58,167 nucleotides of DNA from Ministeria vibrans ATCC 50519 (Eukaryota > Protista > Filasterea): the NCBI GenBank assembly GCA_943704425.1, contig CALSCP010001441.1, positions 1 through 58,167 of the forward strand, in the 5' to 3' direction. Position 1 is the first letter of the stretch. Each line of letters begins with the position of its first letter. Made by a program: the position numbers and the translations under genes. This document shows positions 25,074-36,947 of this stretch, one piece after another. The notes below the pieces were generated by a model. It was not told the DNA's origin and ran no database searches. It worked only from the letters and a program-made list of their open reading frames with translations.

Positions 25074-26142
25074 ACGCCCGCTGCGCAGACGAAATTGCGT
25101 GAGATTGTCGCAGAGCGCGTGGCGCAGGGCGATCCGGCTGTTGTGCGGTATGCGGGCGAGACGCGGTTGCTTGCATCAGTCCCCTTGCGTGGGTGCGTCG
25201 AATGGCGTCCCGTTTCACCCACATTTTCCTCTTTGTTCTCTTTTCTTCTTTTTCCTTCTTTTTTTTTGTTCTTTTTGACCATCCCACAAAAAATATATCA
25301 TTGTTTCCATGTTTTGTTCACCTGGTGTTATTGTGTCCTTTCATTCCAACGCATTGGATGAGCCTCTGCTGTTTTTGGTGTCGTCTGTGTCTTTCTCTGA
25401 CCTTTTTTTTGTGATCTGTTCCTTTCAGATTGGGAGTGAAGCGCTACGGCTGTAACGGATACGCCTACACCATGGACTACTCCACGCCTGATATGGAGCA
25501 CAAATTTGACGAAGTCATTGACATTGACGGTACAAAAACAAGAAAAGCAGAACACACAAAAACGAAAAAGCTGATGTCTTTTTAATTTAGATATCAAATT
25601 ACGGATTGACCATCACGCACTGTTCACGGTGATCAATTCAGAAATGGATTTTGAATCATCGAAGCTGCGATCGGGGTTTGTTTTCCGCAACCCCAATGCG
25701 GAGGCGGCGTGTGCATGCGGCGTGTCCTTTACGACTACAGGGCCCAAAGCCAACGGTTAGTCATTGTGTGTGGTCATTGTGTGTGTGTGTGTGTATGTTA
25801 TTCAATGAGTCCCTCTTGAGCGATAGTTATGTTCGATCACTCTCACTTTGTCATTGAATGAGTATCACTCAGCCCCATTATAAGTATTCTTTTTTTTTTT
25901 TACTTTTGCTTCCCGCTATTCGACCAAACTATTTATATCTCATGTTTGTCATTCGAACGATGGAATGCATAGAGCAAACCGCAAAGGGTCTTGAAGCGAG
26001 CGAGAAAGGATCAATTCTCAATCGTTTTGTCCCTTTTGGGTTCTTTTTCATTTTTGTTTCACTCTGATTAATATTGTGTTTCGCTTTGGAATTGTGACTC
26101 AGACATTTTTTCCCTCTTCTTTACGTAGGTGACAAAGCCTGA
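25074..26142 (+). CDS. ISCA1: Iron-sulfur cluster assembly protein IscA1; 5' exon(s) missing; not shown by the ORF track
   Basis: Spliced [12 protein letters not shown]...VR|[17 protein letters not shown]...KFDEVI|...[31 protein letters not shown], with the three IscA cysteines. Confidence 0.9.
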
Positions 26143-26271
26143 AAGCGTGTGAAGCGTGTTGTTCAACCTTTTGATTTTTGATTTTTAACTGAATAATGGA
26201 AAGATGTGATGTAAAATTATAAACAATAGTAAAAAAAAAATTATTATTTACATTGTATGTACTGTGTTCCC

Positions 26272-27120
26272 TTAGTCCAATTTACACTTTTCCATCGAGT
26301 CACAAGAAGGCTCGCTGTCCGTTTTTGTTGTTGTTTTCCAATTGGGAAGTAAATCGCAGAAGAGTGGACGATGATCGCTGAGAGTCGAGCAAAGGACGTC
26401 TGTGGCGACAAGAGTAAAGTCGCGGAGGTCGCGCACGAGCACATGATCAATGGCCTGGCCCGACCAGTGTGTGTATGTGTGAGGAGGAAGGGACAGCACT
26501 GCGCGCGCGTCACACAGTCCGGTTTTGGGGGCCAGCAGCGTTGCCATGGGATCCATGCGCGACTTCGGATTGATGTGGAAGTATTGTTGCGTACGGTCCC
26601 ATGCCGCTTGGCGGTCGGTGCTTTCTTCCATGCGGTCGCGGTTCGTTTCGTTAAAATCGCCCATGATGACCAGGTTGGTCGTCCACTCTGGATTTCCCGC
26701 AAAAAACGCCAACAACTGTTCGACTTCTTTCTGACGCACACGCCCCGTCTGCTCGAAAGCATCCAAGTGTAGCGTGGCAACGTTAAGACGGTGCCCATCA
26801 TAGTCAAAGGCTGCAAGGAGGGCACACCGACGCTCATGCTCCGCCGAGAGATTTACAACGTGAGCCTTGATTGGCTTGCGCTTGGCAAACATAGCGTTGC
26901 CACAGGTGCCTGAGAAGAGATTGACGTCGACCGTGTTCTTGGGGGCGTATCCGTGTGTATTGAAGGCACTCGTAACTCGATTGTCGTTGCGACACTCCTG
27001 GATGCCAACTATTTGTGCGCCAAGTGCAGCGGCGAATTTGGCAACTCTCTCTTGCGCTTGAGGCGCTTCCTCGATGGTGATTGGGTTGAAGCCGTGCACG
27101 TTGAATGTCATTAGACGCAC
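26272..27120 (-). CDS. Endonuclease/exonuclease/phosphatase (EEP) family protein; true start may lie upstream
   Basis: RLMTFNVH, IVGIQE, GNAMF, ATLHLD, VIMGDFN, IDHVLV, SDHRPL catalytic motifs. Confidence 0.9.
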   Translation of the reverse strand: MRLMTFNVHGFNPITIEEAPQAQERVAKFAAALGAQIVGIQECRNDNRVTSAFNTHGYAPKNTVDVNLFSGTCGNAMFAKRKPIKAHVVNLSAEHERRCALLAAFDYDGHRLNVATLHLDAFEQTGRVRQKEVEQLLAFFAGNPEWTTNLVIMGDFNETNRDRMEESTDRQAAWDRTQQYFHINPKSRMDPMATLLAPKTGLCDARAVLSLPPHTYTHWSGQAIDHVLVRDLRDFTLVATDVLCSTLSDHRPLFCDLLPNWKTTTKTDSEPSCDSMEKCKLD

Positions 27121-27834
27121 GGCGTCGTCGCGAGGCAGCGGCGGAAGCGCTACATGCGCCTCTTCCTACATGATGAGTCGTCCAGTCGTGGTTGAGCAAT
27201 CATGCAATGATCGTCACATATGAAATGAATAAAGGAAGCGTTCGTGAAAATTGCAACCTGTAGTCTGCAAAATTGTTCTTGGAGTTGGTAGCGATCGTTT
27301 CCGGTGGGAACGTGAGTTGTCTTGAACATGATAGTCCAAAAAAGAAAAATGAATAAAATTTGGAGATCAATATTCAGAGAGGCACACTGCCAAAGCGACT
27401 GCTTCTCTCTGCGAGAGTAAATGTGCTCTGCAATTTTGCTTTTAGCCCAATGCACGCAATTTCTTTGAGTCACGCGCGTCATAGCGTCGATTAAGTAGCA
27501 AAGCAGGACGGTTAAATTGATCTTTTTGTTGTTGACTTCCCGTTGCGCTCCGTCCTCGCTTCCTCCCCTCCCCACATAACAAGACGCACTGAGCAAACCT
27601 CCACTGGGTTGAGAGAAACACAATGAACGGCCTGTGGCGGAGTGTGACGCCAACTGTGATCTTGTGGGCAAGTTTGCGCCTCCGTGGCAGTTGCGTCAAA
27701 AATACCCAACACGCTCACTACTCGACCAAAAACGAATAGATCGAAATCGTTGAATACTCTTATTCGTACTCTTTCCTTCCCTCTAACCCTCCTCCTGTGC
27801 CAAGTGTGACTAGCCCCCTTGTTTTGCTGCAAGC

Positions 27835-29467
27835 ATGACTGCCATGGACTCGACCTTTGACAACATCATGCTTCAGCTGGAGCAGACAGCCGACCTCAAC
27901 GACGGCTCCTTTATCGACTCCTTTGACGACATTCTGGCGAACCTTGAGTCGCCCGCGACCCTGTCGGACGCCACCTCGACTGGCTCGCCGGCGCACAGCG
28001 ACACATGCAGCTCGGCGAGCGGCGACTGGAGCGACGCGCAGCACCCAAGCGCCAATGGCGTGGCAACGGCTTGCAGTCCAACGCACTCGCGCAACTCCAG
28101 CGAGCCCATGCTCTTTGAGGAGCTTCTCTTTGGCGGCGAGGCATCCCCCGAGGCCCACGCCGTGCCCCAGGGCCCCCCAGCAGGCGCTCCGGCACTCGAC
28201 CACGACTTTTTCGTGACTGTCGAAGACGACGACGAAGACGACCTTCCCCCGCCCCCGTCGCCGCCAGACTTCCTCTCCGACGTCGGTGGCTCCAACGGCT
28301 CCGACGTGCGCAGCGGCCGTGAAGCGATTGATACCATTAAGATATTTTTCGATGGACTCAACGACGCCGAAAGGGCCGGCGTACGCGACCTTATGGTCGA
28401 CGAGGGGCTCCAGGCCCTCCTCAGCACCAACCCCGACATTCGCCTCGACAAGCACACCCAGAGCCAGCTCAAGAAGATCCGCCGAAAGGTACTTAAGAAC
28501 AACAAGATGTTTTTTTTTTTTTTTTTTTTTTTTTTAGCTCCACAATAATTAAAAAAAAAAAAACGTTTTTGCTTCTCAGGTGCGCAATAAGCTGTCGGCG
28601 GCGTCGTCCCGCAAGCGAAGGAAGAACTATGTCGGCACGCTCGAGGAGCGCGTTACTAGCTACGTCGAGTATAACAATCTCTTGAAAAAGCGAGTAAGGG
28701 GGTTTTTTCTGCGGTTAACCCCAAAATTGATATTTTACTCACTCAATCGCTTCATTTTTCAGGTGAGCAAGCTTGAAGCAAAGAATAAGACACTGGCAGC
28801 ACAGATGCGGAAGATGCGAGAGCTGCTTGCGCCGTCGGGCCCGGCACAGGCGGCGGCCAAGGGCACAGGCGCCTGCCTGATGGTCCTGCTCTTCTCGTTT
28901 GCGCTGCTCTTCAATCCCGCCAGCGACGGCACGACCAACGCCGTTGACGCAACTGGATCCTTCCAGGGCATGTCGTCGTCGGTGGCACGATCGCTCAAGG
29001 CGTTTAGCGGCGCCAGTGAGAGTGATGTGTTGGCGAACGGCGAAGAGAGCTCCAACGACACGCAAGCCATCATCGCGCAGGCCATTGAGCACCTTCACGA
29101 GAGCGGCATGAGTCTCCCAGACCACTCGCACCTCAAGCGCGCCACGGCAGCGTCCCTCAAACGCAAGCATGCCAGTACCAACAACGACAATGACGACTCG
29201 GACGACACCGACTCAAGATACGACGACGACTCAGATAGCGACGACACCGACGCCCTCTTTGCGCTGGACCCAGCCCACCTGGAGTCCAAGCAGCAACACC
29301 ACCACCAGTCGAAACGGGCTAAGCTGGAGCAGGACGACGACACCTTGTCGTCGTTGCAGGCCACAGCGGCGGCCCAGGCAGCCGCCGATGGTCTCCGTCG
29401 CTCCTCCCGTCGCAGTGCTGCGGCGGCCGTCGCACGGGTCACCGCTGCCCTTGCCACCTCCCCCTAA
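27835..29467 (+). CDS. CREB3/OASIS-family membrane-tethered bZIP transcription factor
   Basis: LKKIRRK|VRNKLSAASSRKRRKNYVGTLEERV zipper, TM GTGACLMVLLFSFALLFNP, luminal RSLK (candidate site-1 protease motif). Confidence 0.88.
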
Positions 29468-30373
29468 CGCACGCACACACACATAGACATACACATACAC
29501 ACCACTCTGAGACCTCTCACTGTACTTCTTGCAAAAAAAATACAAAAAAGAGTATAAAAATCGTAAGGAAAAAATATTACATTCACCAGTAACCACCACA
29601 AGGCACAACAACAACACACGAATAGAAAAAAAGAAGTTGAACAAAGTATATAGTAAATAGTATAAGAAATTAAAGAAAATAATAAAAAAGGGAGCCACTC
29701 AGAATATCGAACGTCTCGTTTGTCAAGTGATAATCGTCTTTCAACGACCACTCAACGCGCAGTCATCGAGTCTTGCCGGAAAAATAAATTTCCGCCTCGA
29801 CAAATCTCATGCTCAGAGACGCCGATTGGAATTCCTCTTTGTGGTTGAGAGACTTGCCTTTTTAGACATCAAGAAAAGTATAAAAACTAAATCAATGATC
29901 CTAAAAAGAATAGTCGATAAAAGTCAAGAGGACAAAAGTGCCCAAATAATACACTCGTGGCAAAAGCATCCCCTCGTTATGGGTCGTTTTCACTCACCAC
30001 GCCCACGCCCGCACTCTCCCCGCTGATCACCCCAGCGCTACCACTCCTCAGTCTCCCTCTCTCTCCCTAGAACCCCGCGTCAATCTCGCCAGTCGCTGAT
30101 CGGCGGTGCTTTGGGCGTGAACGTGGGCCATGCCCCTTGGGAAACCCAGTCAAGCGCAAGGGACGCCGTTGCGAAGGCCTCCGTGGACTGGTGCCGCTGT
30201 ACGGTCCGCAGTGCATTGCATTAGAGTGCTGATCACTCAAATGACTCGCGAATGGGAGGATCGGAAGTCAAATGAGAGTCAAACGAGACAACTCGTTTTT
30301 TTTTTTGGAACTCCACACTTTCACTAATTTTGTTCAACTCACTCGCAAAGTAGAGTCGCACCTTGCATTCTTC

Positions 30374-31456
30374 ATGGCGTCTGCAATGACCCCTACCAGT
30401 CAGCCTACAACTCGTCTGACCGCTCCGTCCGTCGCAGCACTTCTCAATTTGCTCATCTCTGTCGACAAGCTGTCACCCGAAGAAATTCAATCGCGGTATG
30501 TCAATGTGTCGCGATCGCCTTTCAAGCGCACTCTCAACGCATCCATGCGGGTTCCTTCACTTTTACAAACACATAGCACTAAAGCAGCGCAAACGCCAGA
30601 GTCGGACTTTGCAAGATGTTTGGTGGGTAAGCGAAAACAGCCAAAAACAACCACACTCGATCGACAGCTTGTGACAAACTCCATTGAACAGCGAAAATAC
30701 GCTCTTCCGACCCCTGCTCTGCCGAGCCAGGCTGCACGCTTAGCTGCTCAAGTAGCACAGAAGTAGCCGTTGCGGTGGATCACAACGATGAAAAACTCAC
30801 AGTCCAAACTTTGACACAAATGCACCAGAAACTCCACGCCGTCCTTGTGAGCCCCAGTCGCTTTTCGGCACCCCAAGGTTACGACCATAGCGTAGTAAGA
30901 CCCAATATAAGCATGTTCAGGGGGCACTTCATTCTTACATTTGCTCTCTTCAGGCAGAACAAGCAGATCAAGTCTTCGCGCAATTTGCACGAGTGAGCAA
31001 AACAAACACAAACCTAATATATCAAAAAGAAGAGATGAATAATCCGAACCTTTTTAGCGTCTTGAAGGAACGATGGAAACACTTGCTAGTCGCTACATGC
31101 ACGCAAGCCGTGAGTTCCTCGACGAATATCAGTCGCTGGTGGGGCATCACATTGTGCAGAGCGAACGCGAAATGATGGCTCAATTATTGCGCGCGCGATT
31201 CTTTGCCACAATGCAAGAATGCTACGACTACGCCGAGTCTATGGCACGCACCCTTCGCATCAAGGTGGAGCGAGCACGACGCAACAAGAAGAAGACAAGC
31301 AGTGCATCGCGCCGCATCCTCGAAATGCACTTTAAGCGCAACGCCTACCCCAGCGAAGCCGACAAGGCCAGCCTTGCAGAACTGACCGGAATGAATCCCA
31401 AAAGCATTGCTGTATGGTTTACCAACAAGCGAGTCCGCAACCGCCGAGATTCATAA
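30374..31456 (+). CDS. PBX-like protein: PBC-like domain + 60-aa homeodomain (4 introns inferred)
   Basis: Homeodomain ILEMHFKRNAYPSEADKASLAELTGM...VWFTNKRVR; upstream helices resemble PBC-A and PBC-B. Confidence 0.8.
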
Positions 31457-31773
31457 AATTGTATATGAATAAACAAGAGAGTGACACGAAACAAGTAACA
31501 GTGCCTTCTTCGACACGAGTCCCCACTGGAATAGCCACTTGCCTGAGTCGTCTCCGTCGTCTGTCGTCTGGCCATTAAACAACCTTGAAATTGAAACTGC
31601 TCGTCTCGATCCTCCTGTAGCGTAAAAAGTGAAAGGGGTTTCAGTTTGTTAAATTATTTAGATTCAGATAATCAGATTGATTTTAGTATATTTTGTGTTT
31701 CTACGAATTGTAGTAGGCTAGTCAGTACTTGCAGTAGTGTCACTGGTGACTACCTAGGCTCTCGTCGTAGCGA

Positions 31774-32841
31774 GTGGTCGCGCTGTTTCGTTCGTCAGTG
31801 GTTGGGATGGAAACGTTTTCACGCGCATACTACCAAGCGACCACGGCCGCCCAGCTGCTGCGAGAGACTGAAGTCAGCCTACTGGCTGGGCATCAGGAGG
31901 CGTTGGTGACGCTGATGCAGGCAGAGACGCCCGTACGCCCGCCCGTGCAGTTTCGTCGCGCACTCCTCAAATCACTCATCCGCACATTCGAACGGAACGC
32001 TCACGAAGTGCACGACACCCTCTACGAGATGCTTGGCGAGCTGCTGGCACACGTCGACGACTCGTGGCGCACCCGGACCTTTGTTGACAGGTTGGCGGAT
32101 GTGGAGAGCATTGAGCTGCGCGAATCGTGCGCAATGCTACTCGACGGGACTACGGGCCTCTCGGTGTGGACTGCAGCACTGGCCCTGTCCGACTGGCTTG
32201 CCGATCCGCTGCGCCTCAACGACACACGCATTGCGCGGCGACCCATTCTTGAACTGGGCTGTGGCGTGGGTCTTGTGTCCATTGCTGCTGCCAGGTACAC
32301 TGGCAGCACAGAGACGCTCCTCACCGACCTGAGCGAACGGGTCCTCGACGTGGCCCTTGACAACTGCACTCTCAATCACTTGACAAACGTGAGCGTCGAG
32401 CAAGTCGACTGGACCCAGTGCGACTCTGCACAAATCAACCGGCTCCGCCACGACTCCCGCTGCGACGCACCCAATGCACTCCCACCAACCATTGTCGCAG
32501 CTGACGTGGTCTTTGACGCCTCGTGTGTTCCCGCCCTTGCCTCTCTCATCAGCCGTCTCGTCGCCCGTTCGTCCGCCGCCCAGCCCCTCCGACATGCCTT
32601 TGTCGCCTGTACCATCCGCAACCCGCAAACCTACCAGCTCTTCCTTGACTCCTTAGGTCAAGAATACCCCTCCCCTCTTGCAAGTCCCTCTATTGACCGC
32701 CTGATATTTGCCTCGTTTGTAGATTCAATGGGCCTCACGCGCGCGGAGGAAAGCCTCTCGAACAACCCGCGAGTCTTTCTGCGAAACTCCACATCCGAAC
32801 GTGAAACGGTCGTTCTCTGGCACATTTATCATAACATGTAA
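31774..32841 (+). CDS. EEF2KMT: FAM86/EEF2KMT-like protein-lysine methyltransferase; start uncertain
   Basis: PPVQFRRALLKSLI, EVHDTLYE, GTTGLSVWTAALAL, ILELGCGVGL, IVAADVVFD, ACTIRNPQTYQLF. Confidence 0.88.
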   Translation: MVALFRSSVVGMETFSRAYYQATTAAQLLRETEVSLLAGHQEALVTLMQAETPVRPPVQFRRALLKSLIRTFERNAHEVHDTLYEMLGELLAHVDDSWRTRTFVDRLADVESIELRESCAMLLDGTTGLSVWTAALALSDWLADPLRLNDTRIARRPILELGCGVGLVSIAAARYTGSTETLLTDLSERVLDVALDNCTLNHLTNVSVEQVDWTQCDSAQINRLRHDSRCDAPNALPPTIVAADVVFDASCVPALASLISRLVARSSAAQPLRHAFVACTIRNPQTYQLFLDSLGQEYPSPLASPSIDRLIFASFVDSMGLTRAEESLSNNPRVFLRNSTSERETVVLWHIYHNM

Positions 32842-32891
32842 AAAAAAAAGCGCACTCTCCAAAGAAAATTAATGTAGAATAAGAGGTACAA

Positions 32892-33464
32892 TTAGATGGC
32901 ACAAATGATCTTGTACACGGAAGGGTCCGGCGACGTAAACGACCAGTGCGTAAAGTCTACAATGACCGATTCGCCCGTCACCGGATTCCCTCCCAGAAAG
33001 ACCACACGCTGCATCTTGTTGCCCATCACATCAAAATACAAGTCCATGTAGAAGTCTTGGCCAAACGTGTGGAACTTGACGCTCCACTGGTCGACAACGG
33101 GCTGTCCGGGCGCGTCAAAGAGCTCCATCTCGCCAACGAACGTGCCATTGTTGCGCGCAATGAAGTCAGCGGGAAAGGGGAAGGGGCCGGCGTACGTGAG
33201 GCACGTGGCGTTGGGGCCTCCCGCCGTGTAGCCTGTGTGGTTGAGGTAGGCGCCCAGCATGACCGTCGCTGTCGGTGAGACGGCAGCGTAGTCGGCGTGT
33301 CGCTCGTGTTCGCAGTCGTTGTAAATCACATACGGAAGCGTCTGCTTCGGCACGATGCCGCGCACTGTGCCGTTGAACATGCCAGACGGGAAGGTTGGTG
33401 GCGTCTTGGCGCTCGCAGGGGCGGTCGTGGCAAGCGCAAGAGCGACAATAACAAAGAGCAACAT
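32892..33464 (-). CDS. Secreted ependymin-related (EPDR/LolA-like fold) protein, intronless, 190 aa
   Basis: Signal peptide, IYNDCEHER, TFVGEMEL...VDQW, C-terminal F.....PDPSVY..IC pattern reminiscent of ependymins. Confidence 0.6.
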   Translation of the reverse strand: MLLFVIVALALATTAPASAKTPPTFPSGMFNGTVRGIVPKQTLPYVIYNDCEHERHADYAAVSPTATVMLGAYLNHTGYTAGGPNATCLTYAGPFPFPADFIARNNGTFVGEMELFDAPGQPVVDQWSVKFHTFGQDFYMDLYFDVMGNKMQRVVFLGGNPVTGESVIVDFTHWSFTSPDPSVYKIICAI

Positions 33465-34019
33465 CAGATCAGAAAACAGTGTGTGGTTGTTGTTGTTGAA
33501 GCGTGCAGGACGGGTGAACAGAGGTGTGGCTCGTGCAGTTAAAGAAGGCAAGGGGTAGATATGATGAGAGAGTGGGGCCAAAAGCAAAGAAAGATTGAAC
33601 ATTGAAATAATTCAACTCCCACCGGCAAAGCCACAAAGCACCCACTAAGAGCGCCACAACGCGTTTTCGTGCGCTGGCGGCATTCACCCTCTTGGTACTC
33701 TTGTCCATTGATAGACGACAAATTCGTTTCCACTGGATTGATTTATGATTAGAGCCAGTGACAGTCGTTGGGCGTTCATGTCAAAATCTAAATCGGAGTT
33801 AAGCTGGACAGTCAATAGTGCGCTTATTGGGCGCATTGGCAAAATTATGCATTGATTGCATTCTCAGTCAATGTCTCGAATTTCAGAATGTCGTAACGAC
33901 GTAACATGGCATGCAGTTGTTCACCAGTTGAGTAAATATCGTCATCACGAATCAATCAGTTTGTTCTCACACACAGTTTTGCCCAACTTTTGGTTGTCTG
34001 CTTAGTGCTTCCCCTGCAT

Positions 34020-34878
34020 CAGTTGTGGACTTGCGGCAGAAAGGTGAGAAAATCAACGGCCAGGAGTCGCACAAGTAAGCACTGTGAGCGCTGTGAGTGT
34101 TTCAGTTTTTGACGTTTGTCTCTTCACCTTAGCGAACGCTTCTCTGCTACGCGTCACCAATACATACGAGACTGCATTGTAAGCAATTTCGCACAGGTAA
34201 GACGCGCAGCTGGTGCGTTTTGAAGAGCCCTCAAACGTTTGGGGTTTGGACGAATTCTCTTTCTCTGTCCATTTCGAGACATAGTCCCCCATGCGACCCC
34301 TAGCTGTGCCGCACACGCTTTATTGTGCCTTCCCCACCTGGTTTCGCTGGAAACCAAGGTATATTCAATGGACAGACGAACTGTTTAATTTTTGAGGGTC
34401 AACTCAAAATCCCATTTGGACTGATTGGCGGACCAGCGCACGCTTGTAGAGCCATGTGCATCGTTGTCTGACGGCCTTCTGTCTTGTAGAATGCCGTACG
34501 CGCGCATCAGTGGCTCTGTGGTTGCTTATGCGGATGAACACACAAACAAAGTTATTGTGTTCAGCGAAACCAATGGAGGAAAAGACCAGATTGAGTGTCC
34601 TCTGGCGACTATGGAGGCGCAAGGGTCGGTGAGGTGTCTTGCACTGACTCCCGACGAAGAGTTGCTCATCAGTGGAGGTGAACGTGGAGAACTGAAAGTG
34701 TGGCGAACGAGAGACCAGACGATTGTGCGGGATCTGACTGGACACACAGAGTGAGTGGATTGCGCATTGAATTGAGAAACACTCTCTCCTGTTTATTGTG
34801 ACCTGATACATGTGTTGTCGCGTAGAGCCATTATGGATGTCGATGTTTCATGCGATGGAAAGAGTGTTCTGAGTGCTT
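34020..34878 (+). CDS. WD40-repeat protein fragment, truncated by assembly gap
   Basis: SVRCLALTPDEELLISGGERGELKVW...LTGHTE|AIMDVDVSCDGKSVLS; upstream exons uncertain. Confidence 0.65.
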
Positions 34879-34886
34879 NNNNNNNN
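34879..34886. other. Assembly gap (N run)
   Basis: N characters. Confidence 1.
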
Positions 34887-34977
34887 TGCAAAACATCAGA
34901 GAGAGATCAAACTCCTCCTCTTCCTTCGTTTTGATTCATTTTTCTGTCTCGCTCTCTTCTCTCCCTTTTCTCTGTAG

Positions 34978-35347
34978 GGCTCTGGCTTTCGTCGACGCTT
35001 GTCTCTCCCATCGCTTTCGTCGGTGCGGCGTCGCGGCTCGCCGACTCTGCTGTCGCCCGAACCTCGACTGCACTACTCCAACGTAAGCGAGAGGGGTGTC
35101 TGGTCGCATGTCGTAAACTCAAGTGGGTGTGTGTGTGTGTCACCGTAGGAGGATTTGGAGAAGTTTGGACAGCAAGCGAGCTACAAGAAAATGGAGAGGC
35201 TGGGGGAGGGTACTTACGCGACAGTATTCAAAGGCGTGAGCAGCATCACGGGCGATGTGGTGGCCTTGAAAGAGATCAAACTGGAAGAGGAAGAAGGTTA
35301 CCCCTGTACAGCACTTCGCGAGGTATACGGCTTACATATATTATATA

Positions 35348-35381
<34 letters not shown>

Positions 35382-36686
35382 GAGTGGGTGGGGAAAGAGG
35401 AGACGGCATCTTGGTATTTATTGGACATCTATGTGTGTGTGTATGTGTGTGTGTAGGTGACGCTGCTCAAGGAACTCAAACATGCAAATATTGTGACGTT
35501 GCACGACATTATCCCGACCACTCAGTCACTGACGCTAGTCTTTGAGTTTGTCCCGCGCGACCTCAAACAGTACATGGATGCCTGTGGCGGCTACATGAGT
35601 CTTCTCAACTGCAAGATTTTCCTGTATCAGGTAAAGGACACGAGAGAGCGAGAAAGAGTGAAGCTTTTCTCACTTCAATCTGGCCCGGTGTGCAGCTCTT
35701 GCGTGGCCTTGCTTTCTGCCACAAGAAGCGTGTTCTACATCGCGACCTTAAGCCTCAGAACCTCCTTATTCACAACAAGTACGAAAAGAACAATAATAAT
35801 AATTATTATTAGAGAAGACATTAATTTCCTTTTTTATTAATTATTATTGATTTTATTTTTTGTCTCGTGTGTTAGGGGTGAACTGAAACTTTGTGACTTT
35901 GGTCTTGCGCGCGCCAAAGGAGTGCCCATCAAGACATTTACCAACGAAGTGGTGACGCTCTGGTACCGGCCACCGGACGTGCTGATGGGCAGCACAGACT
36001 ACACATGGAGCATTGACATGTGGAGTGCCGGCTGCATTCTCGCCGAGATGGTCTCCGGCCGACCTCTTTTTCCCGGCGCAAACAACGAGGACCAGCTCTA
36101 CCAGATCTTCAAAGTCATGGGAACTCCAACAGAGGCCGACTATCCTGCCCTCTCAAAGGTACACTTTCCTGTTCGACACGAATACCCCTTACCCCACCCA
36201 CCCCCTTGTTCTTTTCTTCTTTTCAAGTTACCGGCCTTCTCCGAGAAATTTCCAAAGTATAAGAAGCAGCCTCTTCCCGCATACGTGCCCCGTCTCGACG
36301 CTGCTGGACTCGACCTCCTTGGTATGCCGTCGCACGCAAACCAACTCAAACTCTTTTATCTAACCCCTCCCTTTGTAGACAAACTGCTGCAGTACGACCC
36401 GGCGAAACGCATCTCGGCCACCGACGCCATGGCACACGCGTACTTTGCCGAGCTGGGCGACGCCGTTGGCACCGTCGACGACCAACAGAGCATCTTCACC
36501 AAATCCAAAGTGCGTCTCGAGGACATCCCTGTACGTCGTCGCTCCGTCGCCGGCAGCCACTCTCACCGCACCACCGTCACTTCGTCCTCCTCCTCCTCCA
36601 ATATCGCATCTACCTCCTCCTCCGCAGCCGCCGCTGCGTCTGCCACAAACTCCTCATCACAACCGGCTTCCTTCTACCGCAACTAA
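34978..36686 (+). CDS. PCTAIRE-type cyclin-dependent kinase (CDK16-18-like), 5' partial
   Basis: RRLSLP N-terminal motif, [61 protein letters not shown]. Confidence 0.92.
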
Positions 36687-36947
36687 CTCTCCGCCAAGAC
36701 AACCCCCGCCCCACCACAAATACACATTTTCGCAAGTCCCCATTTGTATCATCCATCATTTTAAAAAAAAATTAAAACTATATTCAAATCACACAAACTC
36801 ACACGTCGTTTCGTCTTGTACTTGGAGATATTCAAATGATTTCGTGTTTTCCATTGATACGTTCGGGTTCATTCGATTACTTTTGTTTGAAGAAAAAAAA
36901 AAGAGGGGGAGGCACACACACACACACACACATGTTAATAAAAAAAA

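Noticed and set aside
30627-30691. TLDRQLVTN peptide resembling PBC 'RLDNML'
   Set aside because: Lies in an inferred intron needed to keep the reading frame, so it was not counted as evidence
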